NCBI GenBank assembly: GCA_019236695.1
Contig: JAFAIN010000154.1
Location: 1-48,915 of the forward strand
DNA: 48,915 nt
Direction: 5' to 3'
From: Acidobacteriota bacterium
GTDB lineage: Bacteria > Acidobacteriota > Terriglobia > Terriglobales > Acidobacteriaceae
Below are positions 8,534 to 15,801 of the stretch, piece by piece. Under the pieces are notes generated by a model that worked only from the letters and a program-made list of their open reading frames with translations, did no database searches and was not told where the DNA came from. Both the position numbers and the translations under genes were made by a program. How positions within the stretch are numbered: position 1 is the first letter of the stretch; the number at the start of each line of letters is the position of its first letter.

Positions 8534-10144
8534 ATGAAGCAGGGCACACGCGAACGTCGCACCAAGGTTGCGCCGCTCCTCCGGGCGGCGGTCGTGGCGC
8601 TGGCTTGCGTGCCCCTTCTTCTGTGCACAGCGCTCGACGCTCAGCCCGGCTCGGAAGAAGACCTCCGCGCCCAAATCCTCTCCCTGCAGCGCGAGTCGGC
8701 CTGGTACGCCAAAGTGGCGGCGCAGGAAAAGCAATCGGCGGAGCAATGGCGCGCCAGTGCCCAGACCATGCGGGAAATCGGAAAACAGAAGAACAACAAG
8801 GATGCGCTCGAGCTTGCCGACAACGATGATGCCCGCGCAAAAGAAATCGCGGCGGATGCCGAACGCCTGCAGGGTGTCTCCGCGCAGAAAGCGCGGGAAG
8901 CGCAGCAACTTCAGCAAAAGCTGAACGATACGCGAACCCTTGACCTCACGGGCTTCTGGCAGGATGCGCAGCATCATCGCGTCATGATCGTGCAGTCAGG
9001 CGAGCGGGTCGTAATGGACCTGGGGAACGGCATCGCCCTCGCCGGCACGTTCTCAGCGCGATCACTGGCGGTGAAGTACAAATGGACGGCAGAGGAGGTG
9101 CAGCGCCACATCAAGTCGGAATCCGAAAGCGGGCCGCAGGCGGTTGCCGATAGGCAGGCAGCGCTGAAGAGCCTGGTGGGCAAGGTCGTACGGTTGAGCG
9201 GAACGGTGAACAACGAAGCTACGCGGATTGCCGGCACTTACGACGAGGATTTTGAAGCGGACGCCGAAACCAGCAGCAAATCAGGAACCGCGGTTCACAG
9301 CGGCTCGCCGGCCAAAGCCGAAATCACGCTGACCAAAGAAAAATCGCAGCCGCATTGCAGCACCCAAACCGTGGTCACGGTTCCGAGCGACCGCAGCCGC
9401 AGCCGCATTGGGGTTGGGGAGCAGGTAATGGTGCGCTTTGTTTCTTCGAGCGGCAATCCCGGCGCCATTCGCTGGAGCGTGAGCGGAGGCGGGCAACTCT
9501 CAGGCCCCAAAGGCACGGACGTGATGTTTACGGCAGGAGACCGCGGCGGCGCCGTGGCCGTGACGGGCCAAAGCGCCTCAGGCGAGTACTGTTCGGCGGC
9601 CTTCACCGTCGTCGAGCCCGAAGAAGTCATCCTGAAGCTGATTCCGAACAGCGAGTTCCACATCAACAAATCGCTGAGCTGCGGATTCCTGGGGACTTGG
9701 ATCGTGCTTCCCGGCGATGTTTCGTTCAGCCGCATCGAGATTCGCGAGCTTGAGGCCTATGCTCCGACAACCATCAAGCTGCTGCCGGAAGACCAGCCGC
9801 ATCACGCCAATCCCGAGTTCGCGCCCATGGGCGACACGATTGAAGGCCTGGGCACACCCTTCCGAGCGAATTTTTACGATCAGGTGGTAGCGAAATTCGG
9901 CGGCGTCGAGCTGGATGCGCCGGTCCGCTGGCTGTTCCGGCAGTTCCCGGGAGTGGCCTCGCACCGCATTCCCTACGAGTTTCGCGTGGGCAGCGGCGAA
10001 CCGAAACAGTTTACTTACGTGCTGCAGATCCAATCACAGAAGGACGATACCTGCACCATCAGCAAAGGCGGCGTGAAGGTCACCCGGAACTATGACGACC
10101 CGACCTCGGACTGGAAGAGCCGCGGAATTTCCAATCCGTTTTAG
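8534..10144 (+). CDS. Secreted coiled-coil protein with beta-rich C-terminal domains, function unknown
   Basis: 536-aa ORF with GGAGG upstream. Signal/TM VAPLLRAAVVALACVPLLLCTALDA. About 100 aa of heptad-like charged sequence (AQILSLQRESAWYAKVAAQEKQSAEQWRASAQ...AREAQQLQQKLND), then beta-rich regions (IRWSVSGGGQLSGPKGTDVMFTAGDRGGAVAVTG). Confidence 0.7.
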   Translation: MKQGTRERRTKVAPLLRAAVVALACVPLLLCTALDAQPGSEEDLRAQILSLQRESAWYAKVAAQEKQSAEQWRASAQTMREIGKQKNNKDALELADNDDARAKEIAADAERLQGVSAQKAREAQQLQQKLNDTRTLDLTGFWQDAQHHRVMIVQSGERVVMDLGNGIALAGTFSARSLAVKYKWTAEEVQRHIKSESESGPQAVADRQAALKSLVGKVVRLSGTVNNEATRIAGTYDEDFEADAETSSKSGTAVHSGSPAKAEITLTKEKSQPHCSTQTVVTVPSDRSRSRIGVGEQVMVRFVSSSGNPGAIRWSVSGGGQLSGPKGTDVMFTAGDRGGAVAVTGQSASGEYCSAAFTVVEPEEVILKLIPNSEFHINKSLSCGFLGTWIVLPGDVSFSRIEIRELEAYAPTTIKLLPEDQPHHANPEFAPMGDTIEGLGTPFRANFYDQVVAKFGGVELDAPVRWLFRQFPGVASHRIPYEFRVGSGEPKQFTYVLQIQSQKDDTCTISKGGVKVTRNYDDPTSDWKSRGISNPF

Positions 10145-10159
10145 CCAGAGAGGTGCCCG

Positions 10160-10717
10160 ATGATCGTGGCAGCGTTTGTTCCGATTGTGGTGATTGCGGT
10201 CCTGGGCTGGCTGCTGCGCAGCCAGGAGAGCGCAGCGCGCATGGAAGGTGCCGATGTTCACGTTCTGGAGTATGGCCTCAAGTGGCGGTTTGTCGCCATG
10301 GCCGTTCCCGCCCTGTGGACGGTCATCTTTGTGGTGCTCTTCGTCGAGGCCCCGCCCAAGCCTGACGATCGCCTGGCCATGCTCCTGCTGATTGCGCTGG
10401 CTACCGGAACGGTGATTCCCTATGCCGTAACCGTGTTCGGCGTTTCGTACCGCATTTCACCGCGCGGGCTGGAGAAGCGCAGCCCCTGGTCGCGGAATTT
10501 TCAGGCGCCGTGGAGTGGCGTAAATTCCGTAAGCTTCAATCCGGTGTTGAACCAGTTTTGCGTAAAGACGCAGTCCGGCACCGCGCGTATTTCTACCTGC
10601 CTGAACGGCCTTGCCGACCTGGAGCAGGCTTTCACCGAGCGCGTTCCGGCGGACGCATGGAGCAGCGTAAAACGATATTTTGCTGTCGCGGCGAAAATGC
10701 GGGGCTCTCGAGGATAG
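10160..10717 (+). CDS. Membrane protein with C-terminal PH-like (bacterial pleckstrin-homology-type) domain, function unknown
   Basis: 185-aa ORF starting 15 nt after the upstream stop. Three hydrophobic helices (IVAAFVPIVVIAVLGWLL, FVAMAVPALWTVIFVVLFV, LAMLLLIALATGTVIPYAVTVFGV). These are followed by YRISPRGLEKRSPWSRNFQAPWSGVNSVSFNPVLNQFCVKTQSGTARI, the pattern of membrane-anchored bPH domains. Confidence 0.65.
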   Translation: MIVAAFVPIVVIAVLGWLLRSQESAARMEGADVHVLEYGLKWRFVAMAVPALWTVIFVVLFVEAPPKPDDRLAMLLLIALATGTVIPYAVTVFGVSYRISPRGLEKRSPWSRNFQAPWSGVNSVSFNPVLNQFCVKTQSGTARISTCLNGLADLEQAFTERVPADAWSSVKRYFAVAAKMRGSRG

Positions 10718-10753
10718 CTTTCTGCAGGCGAGTTGCGCGCCGGCAGTTCCGGC

Positions 10754-10781
10754 TTGACATTGCCCCGGTGCGAGATATACT
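10754..10781 (+). promoter_or_regulatory. Candidate sigma-70-type promoter inside the envelope cluster (TTGACA-N16-TATACT)
   Basis: TTGACA at 10754-10759, a 16-nt spacer, TATACT at 10776-10781. It lies in the only sizeable intergenic gap of the cluster (10718-10868), about 90 nt upstream of the 10869 start. Confidence 0.45.
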
Positions 10782-10868
10782 CCCCATCCGAACGGTCTTG
10801 CCTCCCGGGAGCTCTCCGCATTCATTGCCGCTTTTGTTATTGCGGCTCTCGCAACGGTCGAGGTGCAA

Positions 10869-12062
10869 ATGCGGGTTGGTTTCGCAAGGTATTGCAGGCT
10901 CCCGGCCGCGGTCATCGCGGCGGCGGGGTTGGCCTCGCTCGCCGCGGGCCAGAAGACAGGCAAGCCTCCCGCGTCATCGCTGGATTTGGGCATCGTCGTA
11001 TTTCAGCAAGTTCCGGCCGGGCAGGAGACTTCAGGCAGCATCGTACCTGACCCGGAGAGTTACACCGCAATTCCGGCTCTGCGCGTCATCCCGCTGGAAC
11101 TTCCGTTGCCGCCCCACGCAAAGGACGCGCCCGGCGGCACAAGCGACAATGCGGAGCAGGCGGCTACAGCGGCTGTATCATCCCCGGTTCACCCCTCCAC
11201 GAAGGCTCCGCTCGAGCGCCTGGTGGTGGATACGGGCGATGGAAGAAAACAAAGCGGCGCCCAGCCTCTGACCTGGGTTCCGGCGGCCAATCAGGCAATC
11301 AATGAGATTGTGGCGTTCTTGCGCGACGATCCGGCTCGCAAGCTCGCTATGGCAGGAGTGCCGGTGAAGAGCGATTTGGTCCCGGCAGGTCTATCGCATC
11401 ACGCGGGCGTCGGCGCCGAGCCCACCGCCTGCTCCATGCCTTCCGTAGCAGTTCCGGGAGGAGTTGAGGTAATCCATGGCGACACCAGCGGGAACAGCAG
11501 CAGGATGACGGTAGCGCTGGATGGCTCCCCGGCGCAGATTGTGGCTGCCAGGCCCGGCACGGTGTTCTGGCGGATTCCCGGCACGGTGCAGCCGGGCCCG
11601 CATGAAGTGGTATTCGCGCCGGGCCCGGGACGGCCACCGGTGCGGCTGCCCCTGAGCATCCTGGCGCTTTCGATGAACGCCGATCGCAGAGAACTGGTTA
11701 AGGGCGAGCGCACACGAATGACATTGACGGTCAGCGGCCTCGAAGCAATGCCCGAATCGGCGTGGCAATCAGAGCTGCCGCCGGCCGACTTGATGGACGT
11801 GCACCGCTGGGAGCTGGAAACAGGGGTTCACGCTCCTTCGCCCGTCGGCGCAGGAACCGTAGTGGTGGTGCTGGAGAACAGGTCGGCACAGGCAATCCGC
11901 ATGGGCAACGGGAAAAAGGTCGTTCTGATGCTGCACCATGAAGATTTTGCGCACGGCCCTTATATCTATCGGGATCAATTGCAGTCGCTGAGCAGTGGCG
12001 GATTTGACATTCGTGCCACCGCCACCGCGTTCCTGAAGCAATCGATAGGCCGGCCACAATAG
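10869..12062 (+). CDS. Secreted protein carrying the same C-terminal IPT/Ig-like module as 6839-8488
   Basis: The ORF track starts at GTG 10863; ATG 10869 has GAGG 6 nt upstream. Signal peptide MRVGFARYCRLPAAVIAAAGLASLAAG. C-terminal about 190 aa are colinear with the C-terminus of the 6839-8488 product (VEVIHGDTSGNSS...VFWRIPGTVQPGPHEVVF...LSMNADRRELVKGERTRMTLTVSGLEAMPESAW...VVLENRSAQAIRM). Confidence 0.7.
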   Translation: MRVGFARYCRLPAAVIAAAGLASLAAGQKTGKPPASSLDLGIVVFQQVPAGQETSGSIVPDPESYTAIPALRVIPLELPLPPHAKDAPGGTSDNAEQAATAAVSSPVHPSTKAPLERLVVDTGDGRKQSGAQPLTWVPAANQAINEIVAFLRDDPARKLAMAGVPVKSDLVPAGLSHHAGVGAEPTACSMPSVAVPGGVEVIHGDTSGNSSRMTVALDGSPAQIVAARPGTVFWRIPGTVQPGPHEVVFAPGPGRPPVRLPLSILALSMNADRRELVKGERTRMTLTVSGLEAMPESAWQSELPPADLMDVHRWELETGVHAPSPVGAGTVVVVLENRSAQAIRMGNGKKVVLMLHHEDFAHGPYIYRDQLQSLSSGGFDIRATATAFLKQSIGRPQ

Positions 12063-12101
12063 TTCGCCGGCTGCCGCAAGAGTCGCGGCTGGAGGAAATG
12101 C

Positions 12102-14747
12102 ATGGCTCGCAACTTTGCTCGGTTGGTCTTGAAGCTTGCGGTATTGTCCGCGGTTGGCTCGGCCGCGTTGGCCCAGGCGCCGAAATCAGCCAATGTCACA
12201 ATGGCGCCGAATTCCGAACAGCAGGGATCGGTGACGATCCGAAATGGCTGCAAGGGAGACATTACGTTCGGCATTAAAACCAATGCGGACTGGCTGCAGG
12301 TTACGACGCCGCAAGTGCCGGTGGCATCCGGCGGGTCGGGCGGGGTGCGATTCAACGTCAGCTCCATTGGCCTGGGGCCCGGCACATATAACGGGGAATT
12401 GACGGTTTATTGCGCCGGCGGCGCGTGTAAGGACCAGAACGGCACGAGCTGCATTGAAACCGGCCAGAATACCTTTCCGGTCACGATGACGGTGGTTGCG
12501 GAAAACAAGCAAGGCGGCGGAGGCGGGGGCGGTAGCCCTGCAGGCGGCAAGCCGGGCGCGGGAGGGAAAGCGAGCACGCCGGCCAGCCAGCCAACCAGCC
12601 CGAACGGCGACGCACAGAATGGAAACGGTGGCACGGGAACGGGCGCCACAAGCCCCGTAAGCACCACCGGCGGCGATAACGGAACAGGCACCGGAACGGG
12701 CACCGGCGGTGGAACCGGAACTACAACTTCCAATGACATTCCGACCAGCCAGGATGGCGGTGGTGGTGGCGATCTTCCATGGGGTGCGGTCACGTTCGGC
12801 GCAGGCCTGGTCGGGGCGGGCGCCGGATTGATGACGGGAAGCGGCACGCCGCCGGCGGCGAAGCCGCAAGTGGGGACAACCGAAAAACCTAAAACCCAGT
12901 CAGCGGGTGACTGGTCAGCAACCGTGAGCGGGCCTGCGCAGGATACGGCTAACCCAACCGGCACAACTCCAACCACCCAAAGCACCACGACCACAACACC
13001 AACTCAGCCCACGGGAGATGGAACCGGCACTACCCAGGGGACAACTCCGAAGACCGGCGGGTCCTGGGGCGCTACCGCGCAGACGGGAACACAGGAACGC
13101 CAGCCTCAAGGCACCACTCCCGGCACCCAGACCACCGATGGCGGCGGTGGGACTACTCCCACCAAAACCAAAGACGGCGGTTCCTGGGGTGCCACCGCGC
13201 AGACGGGAACGCAGGAACGCCAGCCTCAAGGCACCACTCCCGGCGCCCAGACCACCGACGGCGGGGGTGGGACTACTCCCACCAAAACCAAAGACGGCGG
13301 CTCCTGGGGTGCTACCGCGCAAATGGGAACGCAGGAACGCCAGCCTCAAGGGACCACTCCCGGCTCCCAGACCACCGACGGCGGGGGTGGGACCACTCCC
13401 ACGCAAACCAAAGACGGCGGCTCCTGGGGCGCCAGCGCGCAAATGGGTGGCAGCACACAAGACAAGCAGGCAGGCCAGGGCCCGTCGGATGCTGGCGGCG
13501 GAGGCGTTCCGCCGACGCAAAGCAGAGACAAAGATGGCGGCGCGTGGGGCGCATCCATCGACACCGGCAAGGCGCCGGAGCACAAGCCCGGCGACCTGAA
13601 CGAAGGCGGAGGCCACACATTCAGCCGGGGCACGACCAAAGCTGACCTGGAACAGGCCAACAAGCCGCCAACCGCGGAGGAACTCGCGGCGGCCAAGCCG
13701 GGAGGCGGTGGTTCCGACGACTATGCCACCCGCGAGAAGAAAATCCGCGAGCAGATGGCGAACCGGCGCATTGCGGAAGAGGCGCCCCCGCCCATTCGCG
13801 TGCGCACGGGGCGCACGCAGCAACGCGTGCCGTGGAACGGCAAGTACGATCCAACCGGCGAGGGCAAGTGGATCAAGGGCGTGCGCGAGGACAAGGTCAA
13901 CCTCGAAAAGGAGAACGATTCCTCGAAGAAGGACTACCTCATGCGCCGCAACTGGCAAATTGAAATCTATGAGGACGCGTACGCGCACGCACGCCGCGAC
14001 CTGGGCATGGACAACCTGACGGCGCATGCCTACGCGCAGATCAAGCTGCAGGATTGGCTGGATAAGAGCCTGGAGGACTTCGAGCAGACCTTCGCAACCC
14101 ATTTTGCCCAGCTTGGCCAGGCGCTGGCGGCCGACCCGTTCCACGGCCTGAACAGCGCCATTGAGGAACTCGGGCAGCTCGGCGAAGAGGCCGCGGCCGG
14201 GATGCGCAGAGCCGGATCGGTGACGGAAGGCGCCGCCGGAAGAGCTGCCGAGGAGGAAGAATCGGTCACCCCTGACTGGTTCGACAAGGAGATGGAAGAG
14301 CATCCGGAAAACTTCGAGGCGGATGAAAGCGAGCCGATCCTCACTCATCCTGAAACCGGCGAGCCGGTTCCGGCCGAAGTGGATCCGGCCACCGGCGCGC
14401 TGCGGCCAAAGGATCCAGCCGCAATGGGCACTGGAACGCAGGCGAAGCCGGGCGGGCGCATCGCCGATCCGGAAGCGCCCACCATGGGCGATCCCAAACT
14501 CGATCCCAATAAGACCCAACCCGACCTGTTGCCGGGCGACAAGATGCCTGCCAAGGGGATGCAGAAAACGGGATATGACAACTTCAACAAAATTCCGGTA
14601 GATCCGAACGAAGCTCCCGGAACCCGCTTGCCTTACAGCAAGGGCCGGCAGGCTCTGAATGACCCTTTGGATCCGGCAATCGATCCGGCCACCGGCAAAC
14701 CGGTGCTGGAGAGAACGGAGATCATGCCGCCTCCGAAAAAGAACTGA
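12102..14747 (+). CDS. Large (881 aa) secreted/membrane protein: N-terminal Cys-framed Ig-like domain, Gly/Thr-rich region, 40-aa tandem repeats, charged helical and Pro/Asp-rich C-terminus; function unknown
   Basis: ATG preceded by GGAGGA. Signal peptide MARNFARLVLKLAVLSAVGSAALAQA. Ig-like segment SVTIRNGCKGDITFGIKTNADWLQVTT...GPGTYNGELTVYCAGGAC. Poly-G and GTG runs. Possible TM LPWGAVTFGAGLVGAGAGLM. Repeats GGSWGATAQTGTQERQPQGTTPG.QTTDGGGGTTPTKTKD. Consistent GC3-rich frame along the whole length. Confidence 0.8.
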   Translation: MARNFARLVLKLAVLSAVGSAALAQAPKSANVTMAPNSEQQGSVTIRNGCKGDITFGIKTNADWLQVTTPQVPVASGGSGGVRFNVSSIGLGPGTYNGELTVYCAGGACKDQNGTSCIETGQNTFPVTMTVVAENKQGGGGGGGSPAGGKPGAGGKASTPASQPTSPNGDAQNGNGGTGTGATSPVSTTGGDNGTGTGTGTGGGTGTTTSNDIPTSQDGGGGGDLPWGAVTFGAGLVGAGAGLMTGSGTPPAAKPQVGTTEKPKTQSAGDWSATVSGPAQDTANPTGTTPTTQSTTTTTPTQPTGDGTGTTQGTTPKTGGSWGATAQTGTQERQPQGTTPGTQTTDGGGGTTPTKTKDGGSWGATAQTGTQERQPQGTTPGAQTTDGGGGTTPTKTKDGGSWGATAQMGTQERQPQGTTPGSQTTDGGGGTTPTQTKDGGSWGASAQMGGSTQDKQAGQGPSDAGGGGVPPTQSRDKDGGAWGASIDTGKAPEHKPGDLNEGGGHTFSRGTTKADLEQANKPPTAEELAAAKPGGGGSDDYATREKKIREQMANRRIAEEAPPPIRVRTGRTQQRVPWNGKYDPTGEGKWIKGVREDKVNLEKENDSSKKDYLMRRNWQIEIYEDAYAHARRDLGMDNLTAHAYAQIKLQDWLDKSLEDFEQTFATHFAQLGQALAADPFHGLNSAIEELGQLGEEAAAGMRRAGSVTEGAAGRAAEEEESVTPDWFDKEMEEHPENFEADESEPILTHPETGEPVPAEVDPATGALRPKDPAAMGTGTQAKPGGRIADPEAPTMGDPKLDPNKTQPDLLPGDKMPAKGMQKTGYDNFNKIPVDPNEAPGTRLPYSKGRQALNDPLDPAIDPATGKPVLERTEIMPPPKKN
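13056..13450 (+). repeat. In-frame tandem repeat, 120-bp period, about 3.3 copies (copies start at 13056, 13176, 13296, 13416)
   Basis: Direct alignment of successive 120-nt units: 7 differences between copies 1 and 2 and 9 between copies 2 and 3 by my count (about 92-94% identity). The period is a multiple of 3 and encodes a 40-aa unit. Confidence 0.9.
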
Positions 14748-14789
14748 AGCGCTATTCGCAATTGAGCCTGAGCGAAGGAGGAGAGAATC

Positions 14790-15791
14790 ATGGCAACGCC
14801 GCAACTTTCACCCGCACCCGCGGCCGGCGGCAAGAGCGAGCTGGCGCGGCGCCTGATCATCGCCGTGCTGGTGTTCGGCATAACGATTGTGGTTGCAATG
14901 TCGCTGCCTCGCGTGCTGCCGGGCGAAATGTCGGCCGCCGAAATGGCGGCCCATCCCTCCCCGGGGTGCAGCGCGTGCCCGCCCACCGATCAGATTGCGG
15001 CGGCGGGAATTTTGGCGACTTCCGATGGCGTGTATGTGAACGTCCGCTTTGCCGCGCAGCCGCTGAATACGCGCCTTGGCATAACGCTCGAAGGCGATTC
15101 CACGCCCATCGAGCTGGTGCAGGCCGGCAAGGGATGGAAGTATGCCGGGAAAGTGCGGCCCGGCTCGCAGCGCGTCACCGGCATTACGCAGCGCAACAAT
15201 CAGGTGATCATCGCCCTGCCCGCAACCGTACGGGCCGGGGGCGTGGCAGTGAGCACCGGCACGGGCGACCGGCTGCCGCAAACCGGATTCATCGCGCCCA
15301 CGTATCCCGCGCCTCCGCATTTCAATGCCACCGATTTCGTGCTGCTGGTCGCGCTGGCGATCACCGCCTGGTATGGATACAAGCGAGGACTGTTCGTCGA
15401 GCTGGCCGATCTTGCGGTTCTGATCGTCAGCGTGACGATTGCGGCCCTGGTGTACAAACCAGTGGCGGCAGCGTTCTCCGATGTAGTGGGCTCCAGCGGC
15501 GCGGCAGCAACCATTGCGGGAGGCCTTATCGTTACGCTGCTGGCGTTCGCGGGAATCACCCTGGTGCGCCGCAATTTCCCCCGGCTCGGCTCTATGGTGG
15601 CGCCGTTCGACGCCCGTACCAGCGGAGTGATGGGGGGAATCCTGGGCTGCGTCCGGCAGCTTCCGTTAATTGCCATGATTCTGGCGGCCGGAACCGACCT
15701 GGCGCTGCTGCACTGGGCTTCGCGGAGCATTCAATCATCGCTGTTTGCCGCATCGCTGATGCACGCCTGGAGGACACTGTTCTCTGCATAG
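14790..15791 (+). CDS. CvpA-family membrane protein fused to an N-terminal TM-anchored extracytoplasmic domain
   Basis: 333-aa ORF with GAAGGAGG upstream. N-terminal anchor LARRLIIAVLVFGITIVVAM plus about 150 aa of soluble sequence. The C-terminal half, DFVLLVALAITAWYGYKRGLFVELADLAVLIVSVTIAALVYKPVAAAF plus three more helices, matches the CvpA (colicin V production protein) pattern. Confidence 0.75.
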   Translation: MATPQLSPAPAAGGKSELARRLIIAVLVFGITIVVAMSLPRVLPGEMSAAEMAAHPSPGCSACPPTDQIAAAGILATSDGVYVNVRFAAQPLNTRLGITLEGDSTPIELVQAGKGWKYAGKVRPGSQRVTGITQRNNQVIIALPATVRAGGVAVSTGTGDRLPQTGFIAPTYPAPPHFNATDFVLLVALAITAWYGYKRGLFVELADLAVLIVSVTIAALVYKPVAAAFSDVVGSSGAAATIAGGLIVTLLAFAGITLVRRNFPRLGSMVAPFDARTSGVMGGILGCVRQLPLIAMILAAGTDLALLHWASRSIQSSLFAASLMHAWRTLFSA

Positions 15792-15801
15792 CCGCCGCCG
15801 G

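Noticed and set aside
13056-13450. Regularly spaced 120-bp repeats considered as a possible CRISPR array.
   Set aside because: The repeats are directly tandem with no unique spacers. The period is a multiple of 3, they are in frame within a long coding sequence, and no cas genes are present.
12915-14804. 629-aa ORF antisense to the 881-aa repeat-protein gene.
   Set aside because: This is a shadow ORF typical of high-GC DNA. Its translation is Arg/Gly/Ala-rich low-complexity sequence with no start context, and it mirrors the tandem repeats. The + strand frame has a signal peptide, an SD and consistent third-position GC.
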